Below the pieces are notes generated by a model. It saw nothing but the letters and a program-made list of their open reading frames with translations. It did no database searches and was not told the origin of the DNA. The translations under genes and the position numbers were made by a program. From NCBI GenBank assembly GCA_036172245.1, contig JAYWIR010000006.1, positions 5,890,001 through 5,954,000 on the forward strand: 64,000 nucleotides of DNA, in the 5' to 3' direction. The DNA is from Raillietiella orientalis (taxonomy: Eukaryota). Positions 12,201 to 24,200 of this stretch are shown in pieces (positions within the stretch are counted from its first letter, which is position 1; each line of letters starts with the position of its first letter).

Positions 12201-15200
12201 GTCGGCCACGGCCCCCGCGTGGCTGCTGGTTTCCGCTTCCTCGGGCGACCTCCGAGTGACCTGCTCGTCGTTGTGACTAGGAGAGCCGCGTGACCTGACT
12301 TCGAGCTCCACCTCTAGCACTCAGGGTCAGGTCAGCAGCAACAGCGATAGGTGGATCGGGTGTGCTTCGAAGCGGTCCGGCCAGGGCACCTTTCAAGTCA
12401 TGCGTGACCAGAGGTCACATCTTGAGAGACTGTTCTCGACCCCTCCCGCAGCTGCGCGAGCGCGCCCGTTCGCTCGCTCTTCGGAGGGAGGACTATTTCT
12501 AAGAAACCATCCGGATGGGACGGTCATCCTACCAAAAGAGTGGTTGTCGTCGAAAGCTGATTCGCTTTGCATCACCCATGGGAGGCTGCATGCAACCCCG
12601 GGTCTTGCTCGTGCCATTGCCATAGCCACCCGGTCTGACGTTTTGGATCCGTGCGACGCGTCACTCACACATCTTGGTGTGTGCGTGCGGGGAATGAGTA
12701 AGGGTGGAGGTAGAGGGGAGAAGTCTCACGCTAAGATGGCCCGGTGGAGAGAACGGCTTTAAGAAGAAACTCGTATTCTGCAGATGACTGAAAGTTCGAA
12801 ACGCCCCTCGTTCGGTTCAGGGCTTCCGCCGGCTGGGCCACAGTTACCGGCCCTCTCTGACTGAAAGGCTGCAGAAGGTTGCATCCTTGCCAACGCGAGG
12901 ATCTCAGAGATGCGCAGCCTACCGAACGTGGGAACGGTGATGTACAACCTGAGCTTCTCCCCTACAGAAGCTGGATAGCGAAAAAGAATCGAGAGAAGCC
13001 GCCAGGTGTCAGCATCCCTGCCTTCTCCGCAAACCCCGCAGATGTCTCATACACCTCATTCTTTGCTCTGGTACGGAGGAACGACAGCGCGCGTTCCCGC
13101 TCTTCGCGATGGCTGCCGGTTTCGCCCGCGTCCGTCTCGTCGCCGCGGCCGGCGCCGCGTTCCGCTGCGCCTTCGGTTCGGCAGCCTGCGCTTCCAAGCT
13201 CGCCCCTCTTCGCCCATCAGCGCCAGCCGCCGAAGACTTCTCGACAGCCGCTTCCTCGAAAGCCTCCGGATTGTCTCTTCACATGAATTTTCACGTGCCT
13301 TGAAAGATGCCTGCCCGTGCGGAGGAAGGCGCTTGCGCAAGGCGTTTGCGCAGTAATGGACCAACAGCCGAGGAAGCTCGTAAATTTCGTGCGCGCCGCC
13401 CGGAATTCTTCAAGGCTGCTGCATCTTCTTGTCTTGCGGAACACAAGACACGTTTCTTTTGCAACCGAGTTCCCTGCCGCAGAAAGGCAGAGGGCTCTCG
13501 AGCAGCGAAAGGCGGGGAGCACCCCAGGGAAGTCGGTAACAGAAGGAGGGAAAGACGAAAGCGAAGCGAAGTCCCTCGGCTTTTCTCCGCCATCTTTTGG
13601 AGTGCGACTTGGGGCGGAGATCGGCTTCCTGGAGAGGCCAACACCTGCCCGTGAGAACGGTCTGCCCGCCTGTCTCCGAGAGCGAACCCTGTGAGAGGGG
13701 GGTCCGCAGTGTCCCACCTGATCATCCCGAAAGATGAAGCGGTCCCGAGCCAAATTAAGGTGGAGGGCGCGTGCGCCCGTCCCATCGTTCCCTCCATCCT
13801 TTTTCGGGGCGTGTCTCCGCTCCTCTCGGACCTCGCCTTCGATCCCGCCGTGTTTGCCCAGGGCGGATGAACCTCGCCCGCAGGAAGTTTCCTAGCGACG
13901 CCGTCGCCGCTTTCGAAGCGCCTGAGTGGCTTGAGGCGTGGCTCGAAACGCTCCCTGGGATGAGATGGCCAAGAGGACGGAGGAAGAGACACCCCTCGGC
14001 GAACCTTCCGCCGATATTGCTTCTCGAAGGCTCCCCTTCCCCTGATCGCCCTGTTTATTCTGAAAACGACGAACCGTCATCAGCCTGAACGCGCGCCCGG
14101 TGTTTGCCTACGGCACGGGAACGCCAGGGTCCCTCGGCTTTTCGGAATAACCGTTACTTGCAATCCCTCTCCTGGAATCCTCTCGTCGCGGATCCCTCCG
14201 GCAGCAGCGCCGGGAAGCTGTAAATTTATATTTAGGCGCTGGCGGGGAGGGCCGCTGCAGTCCGCGCTTTTGTTGTTTCCGGACCACCCGTTCATAACAA
14301 ATAACCCGGCGGCCATGATTTATAGAACCTCTCCCCATTCCTCACCCCTTGCTTCCCTCCTCGCCCTCGCTCGTGCACGTGGCGCGCCCGAGCGCTTACT
14401 CGCGCGTGCTGTCCCGCGTCCCGTCGGCCCTTGAGCTCGCGCGCGCAAAGACCCTCTCGGGACGCGGCCCGCTCGCGCGGTGCTGCCGACGCGCCGCCAG
14501 CGGTTTCCATGGCTGCTATTCCGGACGGGAAAATCCTGTGAACCCGCCCACGCTCTTGAATTTTTATCTCTCCGAAGACGTGTGGAGATGAAGGTCACTG
14601 CCTCCATAGCTTTTGATGTCAAGGCCAAAGATAAATATCTCCGGGCGAGCCTTGAATGGAGCGAGAGAAAGCGTCCGAGCGCCCCGGAGTGGATGCGGGA
14701 TGGAAGCGAGGCGGTTTCACCTGGGGGAGCACTCGGCGCGACCCGCGCCGTCGCTCGGGCGGGAGGCGTCACCTGGTAGAAGAAGCAACCACGCCGGGAA
14801 CGGAATTCTCTCGGGGACCGCGGTTTGCACCGCCGCGAGGATATTCGGAAAACTCGCGACGCGGTGCGGAGGTCTCTCTTGCGTGCGCGCAGGGACTGGG
14901 GTGGGGGGATGTTGCGCTTCTTGGCTTGAAGACGCCTTTTCGAGAAAAACGAAACCACGGATCAACCGTTGCCAGACCTGAACGGGAGCAGCGGCAGCAG
15001 CGGCGGCGGACTGGCCGAGGAACGCTTCCTGGGTCCTGCCGACTTTCCTGCTGCCCCGTCGCCTGGACTGCTCCCCTCGAAGGCCTCTTCGAAGAGATGG
15101 GAGCCAGAGGGGGTGAGTGAGGCGAATTTTTCGATCCCCGAGATGACGGCGCGAATAGAGCTCATCCGTCGGTTCGTTCGTGGGTGGCTCCAGCACGCAG

Positions 15201-18200
15201 AGCCATCAAAGTAGGGCTGCACGATTAAAGACCTCTGCGAGTCTTCCATTGGCGCCCTCCAGTGCCAGCGGAAAACTCAGATGTGTTCCTTCCAAGATGC
15301 CTCCCTGCGGCCTCGGATCGTACGCCCCCAGAAGTTCCCCCCTCCCTTTACCGTACGGGAAGATGGTCAGTGGGCGCGGCGACCCTTGACCCGTAACGCT
15401 GACGGTCATACTGTGTTGGCTGCGGGGGGGAAGACCGCAGCGCCCTGCGATGAATGACCTCGCGCGGTGAAATGACGCTTCGAGAAGGGTAATTTTGCGA
15501 CCTTTCCTCTTCCACTCTCGCCGTCCCAACTGGGCGCTGCGTGGGTTCTCCCTGTTCTTCTTTTCCTTCGGCGTGCCCGAAGGTCATTCGTCCGAGGAGG
15601 GGTCGCGTGTTCCAAGATGCACGCTCTTCTGATTCCGTGCAGGTCAGCTATTAAGAGCGATCCGTGAAGCGGAGTTGGCAAGGATGCGAGGGTCGCGGTT
15701 GTGCATTCACCGGATGCGTCCTTCGTCCCCGAGCCGGCGAGGATGCAGCAGAAGGTTTCATAGAGAGTGAGGTGGTCTGCTTTCCGCCGGGAAGCAGTTC
15801 CTATGGATTTCCGCCAACTGAGCTTGGCGATGACGGAGCTGAAAGGAGGAAGGCTACGCGGTATGTGTTCGTCGTCGCGTCCCGGGCCTGATCCAGACCG
15901 TCGCAGCAGCTCTGGGCGGAGGGGTCAAAGAGCTGGCGCTCATGAACCTCTGCGGTGCTCCCCATCTCCACCTCTTGAGCCCCAGCTGCATTGTCCGACC
16001 GTAGCTCGTGATGTCCACGTGCCAGCAGCAAGTTTTCCCGAAGTTTTTTCCCTTTCCGCTCTTCGACAGTCCGGGCAACCAACTCGCGAGTTTCCGATCA
16101 GGAAAAAAAAAAGAAAAAAGGGAGCGTCTCGGTTGACATGGATACCGCCTCAAGACGCTCGAAGCACTCATTTTTCTTGTGTGTATATTGCGCTTCGAGG
16201 AAGCTCGTTCTCGCCTGCCTGCGGGGTCGATTGCTCATTCGGTGGGGCTCGAGAGAGTTTACAGACCCATCTGCTTTCGGTGGGCTACTCGAGCTGCCCT
16301 CCGAGGCAAAAGAAAGGAACGCCATCCTCGACGTCGTCTTGCCGCCGCGGTTCTCTTCGCGCCAGCGGAGCTCTCCCCTCCTTCTCCTCTTCCACGAGCC
16401 CCGTGTTCGTCCTGAACACGTCAGTCTCCCCCGGAAGCTCGGGGTCCGAACGTCCCACTCCCTGCTGCGGGCAGGCATCCGGACCCTGCGACGCCGTCTC
16501 TAAAAAAAACGGCGCTGCTTCTTCTTCCTGATCTTCCTGGTGCAACGGCATGCGCCCTCGTCGCCTTCTCAGGCCCCCACACACGTGGTGGTGGACGGTG
16601 ACGGGCCTCCTCAGACGGCCCCAACACTACCGGCAGGGATGCGGGTACTTGGCCTTCTTCGAGTCGAAGGGATGGTCCCGCGACATCCAACGCTTCAAAG
16701 AAAAGAGTCGGATGCTGCGGCGGGCGTCGGTTTGCCGAGGCTTCGAAGTTCTTTCTCGAGGCGGCAGCCTGGTCCCGCGAGCGGCAGCTTCCCTTTGTCT
16801 CGCCCTCTTTGCGGAGGACTCGCTCCCCCCTCCCCACTCTCTTCATCCCGCGCGTCCGCTCGTGTGCGTCTCCCGGCTTCTCTTAAAGCCTCCGTGCATC
16901 TGTCCTTCCCCACTCCCCGCTTTCAAGGTGACAATTACGCAGCTCCGATGATTGATGAATGAAATCTTCTTGGCATTCCTTAGGCCAGGAGTTCGCCGGA
17001 GTCGCAGAGGATGATCTGAGGAAACCACGAGCGGGCGTGTGGGTCCACATCGGGATGCTGAGGGCGATCTCCACCCACCTTCGCTCGCTCGGCGGCTGGT
17101 TGCCCTCCAAGGGAAACGCCTCTCGGTTTTCCGAGCGCTGCGGGACCCGTGCCTTGTTCCGACTGCTGTTGCTTCCTGCCCATTTCAATGGGGACTCGCG
17201 GGCCTCCTCTCTTCGGTCGCGGACGCCGCCGCGAGCACCTTTCTAGCGAGGGATGCGATGAACGAATGCTGAATCATTGTCGCCTTGAAGGTTAACGGGT
17301 TCGAGGGAGGAGCTTTGTGCCGCCATCGGGATGGCTCTTTGGATGTGCGCCATCTTGAAAGGAGATTGAGCTCGGTTACAAAATGCGCCCAGGGTCTCCA
17401 GATTTGAAAGGGCTGTGGTCCCTTTGGGGGGCGTTATTTTTCTCAGTAAGTGGATCCAAAGAAAGACGTATCGGCTTCCAACCCTTCCGGCTTCCGCCTC
17501 AGGCCATCGGAGTCGTACTGTCAGTTCCTTTGCAGTGCTAGTTTGTGGTGCGCCCGAGCCCCAATACGATGGCGCCGTGGACCCAGTCGGTTGGCGATCT
17601 TCATCGAGCTGAGGGAGGGAGGCTCATGGCGATGCGAAGGAACACTTGCAGGGAGCGCAGGGAGGGCGGCCAAGCGGAGGGGAATGGGGGGAAGCAGAGC
17701 GACTCGGTTCGACAGCGGCTCCTCCCGCCTACTGTAGTTCTTCTTGGTCCACGCCGCCCCGATCCCTCTTCGCTTCGATGAACCGAGGCGCATTCTCTGT
17801 GCGTTCCTCGCCCCATCCTGCTGCCGGGGAGGATTGGGCCCTCCCCTTTTGAGCCGGGGAGGACCCAAGAGAAGGCTGCGTCTAAAGACAAAGCAGAAAG
17901 AAGGTCGGCACCACCGGCGTTTCCTCGAGCGGCTGGAGGGCGCATGCGAGATCGCCGCCGCCGCCGCCAGCCTTCCTTTTTCTCGCGGGGCGGACGTGTG
18001 GAGACGCGCCAAGTCTGTCGTGACCGGATGACGGATGGCCCTTATTTGACTGATGATGGCGAGAAGCGGGGATCATTTGTTACTCTCGGGCAAAAATAAA
18101 TTGATTTCACCATCCGGCTTCCTGGATCTACACCGGGATATTTCAATTCGCGCCTCCCGTTCCTCCCGGATCGCTCGCGAGCTGGTGGCCGCTCCTCCGG

Positions 18201-21200
18201 GAAAACCTGCGGGCGGGACGAAGCTGCCGCCGTCGCGGGGTGACCGGACGAAGGCCTGCATCGATCTTTCCTACCCGTCGCTTCCAGGCTGCAGATTCCT
18301 CTTCCTGGAGCGGAAGACGAACTTGCCCGCCGCTGGCGTGTGTTGCGTGCTCGCGCTGCTGACAAGAGGCAGTACCAGCCGCTGCTGATATCGTCTTTCA
18401 TCTTTCTTACCTTTTTTTTGTGGCTTTCCAGCGTGCGTTTTTGTTTACCTTTCTGTTCCCTCGCATTGATCTTCTCCCGATCCACAAGCGAAAAAAAAAA
18501 AAAAAAAAAAACGGGATGCTAGCGCGGAGAAGACGCCACACGATTCGTCTCTGCTGCGGAATCGCCTTTCTTCGCACGCAATCCCTGCGCGCGCGGCGCT
18601 GCCGTTCCGAGGGATCTGCGCGCGCGACCAGGTCGCTGTGGAAACCGCCAGCCGCTCGTGGAGGGCGCTACCCGCACACACAAAGGGATGCGGCGGCGAG
18701 ATTCCCGCGCTGCTGAAAGCGCCACTGGGTTCGCCTTGCGCGCGGAGGCAGCCTGGATTTATTTTTCCGCCTCCCCTTGTGTGCAGCAGCAGCTCTCCTG
18801 GAACTCTGCCACCGTTCCGATCTCCATTTGGGACCAGAGAAGGTTCTTGCGGAAGTCGGGAACCAACGTCTCTTTCAGCAGCCCCTGCAGCGGAGTCCCC
18901 GAGAAAAGCGCACGTCCGAGTGGGAAGGAAGCGAACCGCGCTGAGGAAGCGCGGCGGAGTTGGACATGGTACCCGTCCGCGACTCTCCCTCCCTCCCCCT
19001 CGTTCCCGGCCCGTCACTTCGCCCCTGCAGGCTTCAGCCTTGACAGCCCTACTCGGTAGAAGGGATCCAGCGCAAAGCTACGCTGCCTCGCCTTCCGGTT
19101 CCTTCGGTTTCCCGGAGTTGTTTTTTTTTTTTTCTTCAAGTCTGTTCCATCCCTGTACGCGCAGTCTCAGATCCTCGTATCTCTCGCGCGCCCATGCAGC
19201 GATAAAATCGGGAAGGAGGCGCACCGATTGATGCCTCCCTCGAGGGAAGGGCACTGGTTGATGCCTCCCCAGAGTGTGAGAAGCGCGCCGCTCTCTTTGG
19301 GTTTCTCTTCATAGGAGTAGTAACGAGGAGCAGTTCCCTCGAAGGTTCTCTCCGGAGAAGAAACGAGCAGCGGCCCCATCCGAGAGTCCCTCCGGAGTGA
19401 ATTAAGGAAGAGGTTCCCTTCGGAGACAATCAGGACGAGGGTTCCCTACCGAGCGTGAGGGGAAGGGAGCCATCCTGTATTCATGGAGCCCGAGTAGCGA
19501 CCCGATTTGGAGGCACCCACTCCTTGCCGGTGGAGTGCCTCATCCCTGAATCCAGGTTTCCGTGGTGGAAGGGAGCTCTGAGGCGCTAGTTGTCACTTCT
19601 TTAAGGTGCAGAGCAGTGAGCCGCACTCTGAAGGAAAGAACAGAACGGAAGGAGCCAGAAACAGTCCGCAGGTCACGGCAGCTGCAAAAACTCCCGCGCA
19701 AGAGTCGGGGCGGCAGATGACGAGCTCAAAGCTGCTGTTCCCGGACCCGGAGAGGATTCGGGAACAGCCTGCGACAACGAACCTCTGATGACAACGAGGG
19801 AACATTCCGGCAGGTTTCCCGAAGAGACGTCGCTTCCACATCTCCCGCTTCCGGCGCACCACAAGTCCTTGTCCCGCCTTCAGGCACCTCGGGCTGAAAA
19901 ACATCACCACCACTCGACAAACTGCTCACACAGCCGGCCAGAGACGATGCCAAAGAATCCCGTCCTGGCGCTGAGTCCGGCAAAGCCCTGCGTTCGCTGC
20001 CGCTGGCGGCCTCCTCGCTTTGAGCGCAGTTCGGTCGCGCCCCGAACGGAAAACTGCAGACCTCTCCTTCCTCGCCTCTTTTCTAGAGGTCGCGCGTGAG
20101 GCAGCTGCTTCTAGACCCCGTAGTGGCATCCCCGCGCGAGAGCGCCTGGTTTCCACGGGCAGCCGACCTCGGCGCTACGCGATGCTCTGTCGCATCGGTG
20201 CTTCTTTCGTGCGTTCCGGGTTCGAAGGCTTTTCTTGGTCCTTCGGGGACAGCTGCTGGGGCTCGCACGCCGGACGCACTTTGCCCGCGCAGTGGCGTCA
20301 GTGCCCTAGGAGCGGGGGATTCACTCGCGAATTCCCCTTTGTCCTCGCAGATGCTCGGCGAGAGCGTACTCTCTTGCCGGAGTCGAACGATCTGCTCGCG
20401 CCCACGCGTCCTGCGCTTCGAAAAGCGGGAGGTGAAAACTTCAGCTGCCTTGGAACGCCGTTGTCTTCCCCAGGAGGCGGCACGACCTCAGGGCTTTGTC
20501 GAGGAATGCTGCAGGAACAGAGGAGTTCCGCAGTTCGCAGCGGGAGGAAGGCGCCACCTATTGGGGAGACCGATGCGAGGACCGAGGGTCAGACGCTACG
20601 CGTGCTACCCAGTAGACAGCACGGCAACTCCCAGTGGTCGCTACCTGGGGCGGGCGTGTTGAGCAGACGCGAGGCTGCCAGTCAGACCGTTCCTGATTTG
20701 TTGATGTTTACCCTGGGGGGAATTGGTGAGAATTTCGAGGAGAAGTCTAGTTCCAATGAGGAACGCGCCGAACCCAACCTCTTGCATCTCAGTTTCTTGG
20801 CCAGTGGGCCCCGATGCATTCAGAGGCATTTGGGGGGAATCCTGCGGTGGAGTTTGGTATCGACGAAGGTCGTAGGGCACGAAAACCGGGGGGGGGAGGA
20901 GAACCGAAGTTCTGAGAGCAAAGGAAGGAGTGACCGCAAAGCGTGACCACGCGGCGGAGGTCACTCCCGAATTCGCAGTACAAGGGCTTTCCGGAAGCAG
21001 TGTTGTGCTGATCTGCTGCGAAGCCTCTCTCTCTCTCGTCATCTGACTCGCTCCTTGTTCCGGGCCCGGAGAGAGGAGCTCTTGCGCGGATCCAGGCTGG
21101 ACGTGTCTCCTGCGCACCCTGGAAGTTTGCCGCGCCTTCCCCAGAGCTGGACCTGTGGGGCGGGAGGCGGCTCCATAGGTCAGCTCACGGATGCACCCCG

Positions 21201-24200
21201 TGGTGGGCTCGTGCGCGAGCGTCCTAGGAAACGGAGAGGGCGCCAGCCATCCCAGACGGCGCCATCGATAATGATGCTTGTCGCCGCACGCCCCCGCAAC
21301 GGCGGGACGCCATCCCTGAAACCCCGAGCGCCGCTCTTCTTTCCCCGACAAGTTTACCCCCTCTTATGGCTGGGAAGTTCGTCCGTCTCTTCCCATCCGT
21401 GCGACGATAGCCGATGGGGCCGAGGGAAATTCCCGGGCGGCTCTCCCGGCCTGCGACCTGATCGCCCCTGCGTTCGCTGCGCTCGTCGCGCACAGTCGCG
21501 ACGTCCACGCCTTTCTCGCCACCGTCCCGCCACGGCCGAGGAAGACGAACGAGTTCCACCGCCGTGGATGCGGCGCGCATTCCCACCTCCTCCCTCTTCT
21601 TCCCCCGTGCATCTCCAATTTGGTGCCTCCGGGCTGTTATTTATCTCGTCTTCCTCCTCCTCCGTCTCAGATGTCTGTTTACACGGTGCGGCGATTCCAC
21701 TCAGGCAGCCCCGGACTTCGATTGATGGGAGAGCGGAACTTCAGGAATGGCCTCTTTGGCGAATCAGGGGAACGGGGACGCCGCCGCGATGGGGGGACCA
21801 GGCGCCAGAAAGGACTATGGTGGGAAAAAACCATGGGGGCAAGATCGATGGTGGTGGGGAGGGAGACGAGGGGTGGGGAGGGGGCATGCCTTGCGCCCGC
21901 GATCAGGACGCGCGCCGCCCTGCCTGTTCCGGGTTGAGAGGCGGCAGTGTCTTGAAGAACGCCGTGCTCAACGCCCCGTGGAACGCGCCTCCGGGTACAC
22001 CGCTCCCCAGTTCGGGAGGGAAGTCGTAGTCATCCGGGAGGTGGGAGGGACCCGCAGGGAGATCTTCGATGCGCGCTCAGGGAGGAGGAGGAAGGAAGGA
22101 ACTGTTTCTTGCGCTTTTCCCCCGGAGGGTCGTTCCTTCGCTCGTCGCAGACCGTTCCCCCCCTCTCTCGATGCACCAATGAAAACGTACGTTCCGCGGC
22201 ACGCAGTACTCGATCATCCTTGCTTTTCTTCTCTCCCCCCTCCTTCCTTCTTCCCTTTCCTGCCTTTAATTGGATCGCCGCACGTTTCGCTCGGGGGTGG
22301 CGTGCGGTTTTCGCGGTCCTCCAGGAAGAATCAGGCACGAGAGGTCCTGGATCGGAGGGGCGAAGATAACCCTTGGGGATACTCCGCTCACCCTCCAGGA
22401 GATCCGCGAGGATTCCAAAAAAAAAGGAGGGGAGGAGGGAGGGATAAGGGGGGTACCCGTGAAGTCGGATCTCCTTAGCAGCAAGCAAAGGTTCCCGCGT
22501 CGTGTCAGGGTGCAGTGGGAGGGAAGGGGGGGAAATGGAATTATCTTTGAACCGTCCCTGAAGGATGAACTCCTCTTCATCGAATCCTTGTCTTCAGCAC
22601 CACCGCATAGACCACAGCGCTAATGCACATCTCATCAGACTCTCCATCACGCTGTTTCTGAAGGACATCCCAACTGGGGGAAGGAAATCACAAATGGGGC
22701 GGACTATTCCTTTTTAATCTCGGCTTGTTATCCCTTAACGATCCCTCTTCCCTGTCAGTCATGCATCCTGCCTTCGTTTGACTAATAGATGGGAGCAGGA
22801 ACGTTAGCCGCACGCCGGGCCTCATTTCGATTCCTGCGTTCCCGGTTGCACGCCTGACATCCCGAATTTATCACGCCGCGGCGGAGCGGGGAAACGCGCC
22901 GGGGGTGTTCCCCGCCACTCCTGCGGTCCAGAGGGCGGTGTTTTCCCTGGTAGCCAGGGGAGAAGCTGTCCTGGGCCCGTCGGCGAAAGGTTCTTCCAGG
23001 CATACTCAGGACCGAGGAGAGGGGTTGAGGAGGAGGAGGTCTTCCTTGCCTCCGGCCCCGCGCCATCTCTTCTGCACCCCTCGCGCGCGTTCGCTGTTTC
23101 GCGTTCCCCCGCGGAGCTCTCCGATAGCGATGTCCAAACGACGAAGAGGGTCCGTAAACTGCGATCATCTGGAGTCCTCTCGGGCGTCCCGTTCCTCGTC
23201 TCCCTTCATCCTCCGGGAAGCGGGGCGCTCCGCGTGCAAGTTCTCGGGCTCCCTTTCCTAATTTGGCGCAGCCCGTAAAAGATGCTCCGATGACGTGACG
23301 TGGCATCCTCCGTGGACCAAACGGCGCTGCTTATCGTGCTGCTGCCTTTTATCGCCAGACGCCCGCCGCGCTCCGATGTTTACGGTCCTCGAGAGAGGCC
23401 GCTGCTGCGATGAGCCCATAAAAGATATGCCAGCGCTCAGGACAAACACCACGAGCTCGCGCACGCGCGTTCACGCGCGCGCGGACGGCCCGACGATGCT
23501 TCTGCACTCCGCCGGGTTCTCCCCTTCTCCCGACTGCAGCGCCTGCCCGCTCCCGCCCGCGCGGCTCGATAGCGACCGGAGAGAATTCCTGCGGTCTCGA
23601 TGGCAACTCGCCGGGAGGGGAGGGTTTTGGTCTCAAGGTCTTCCTCGTGACGGGGCCCAGGCGAGCGCGGCGTGGACGCCGCCGCTCGGCACGAGTGCCC
23701 CGCACCAAGGGAAGGAAGCGTTCCGGACGTCGGAGCGAAGAGAGCTCGCGCCGCGTTGCCGGGGCTATGGCCTCCCGCTCGCCTCCCGGCAACGCCCGAA
23801 AGAGAGGGAGTGGCTCTCCTTCGGTTCGCTCGCCGCTAAGAGGTTTACCGGAGAGCGATCGCGGACAACTGGACTGCTGGGTGGATGTCTTTCACGGCGC
23901 GTGCCGGGTCTCCACGGATATGGGGGCAGGAAGGGGGGAGGTGCCACCGTCACGTGAAGCCCGACACAGGACCTTCGAAGTTTGCACGCGCAGAGCGGGC
24001 TGCTGCTGCTGCTTTCGCGCACCTCCCTCTTCCTCTTCCGCCAGCCTTCCTTCCATTGCCAGCTCCCGACCCCTCTCGAAAAGGGGATGTCGCGCTCTGC
24101 TGATCCGGGCTCCTCTGTAAGCCGAAGTCCCTCTATTCTCTTCCTCTTCCTCACTCCCCCTTCCCGCCGGGTGTCCCACGTGGCGCTTATCTGCCGTGGT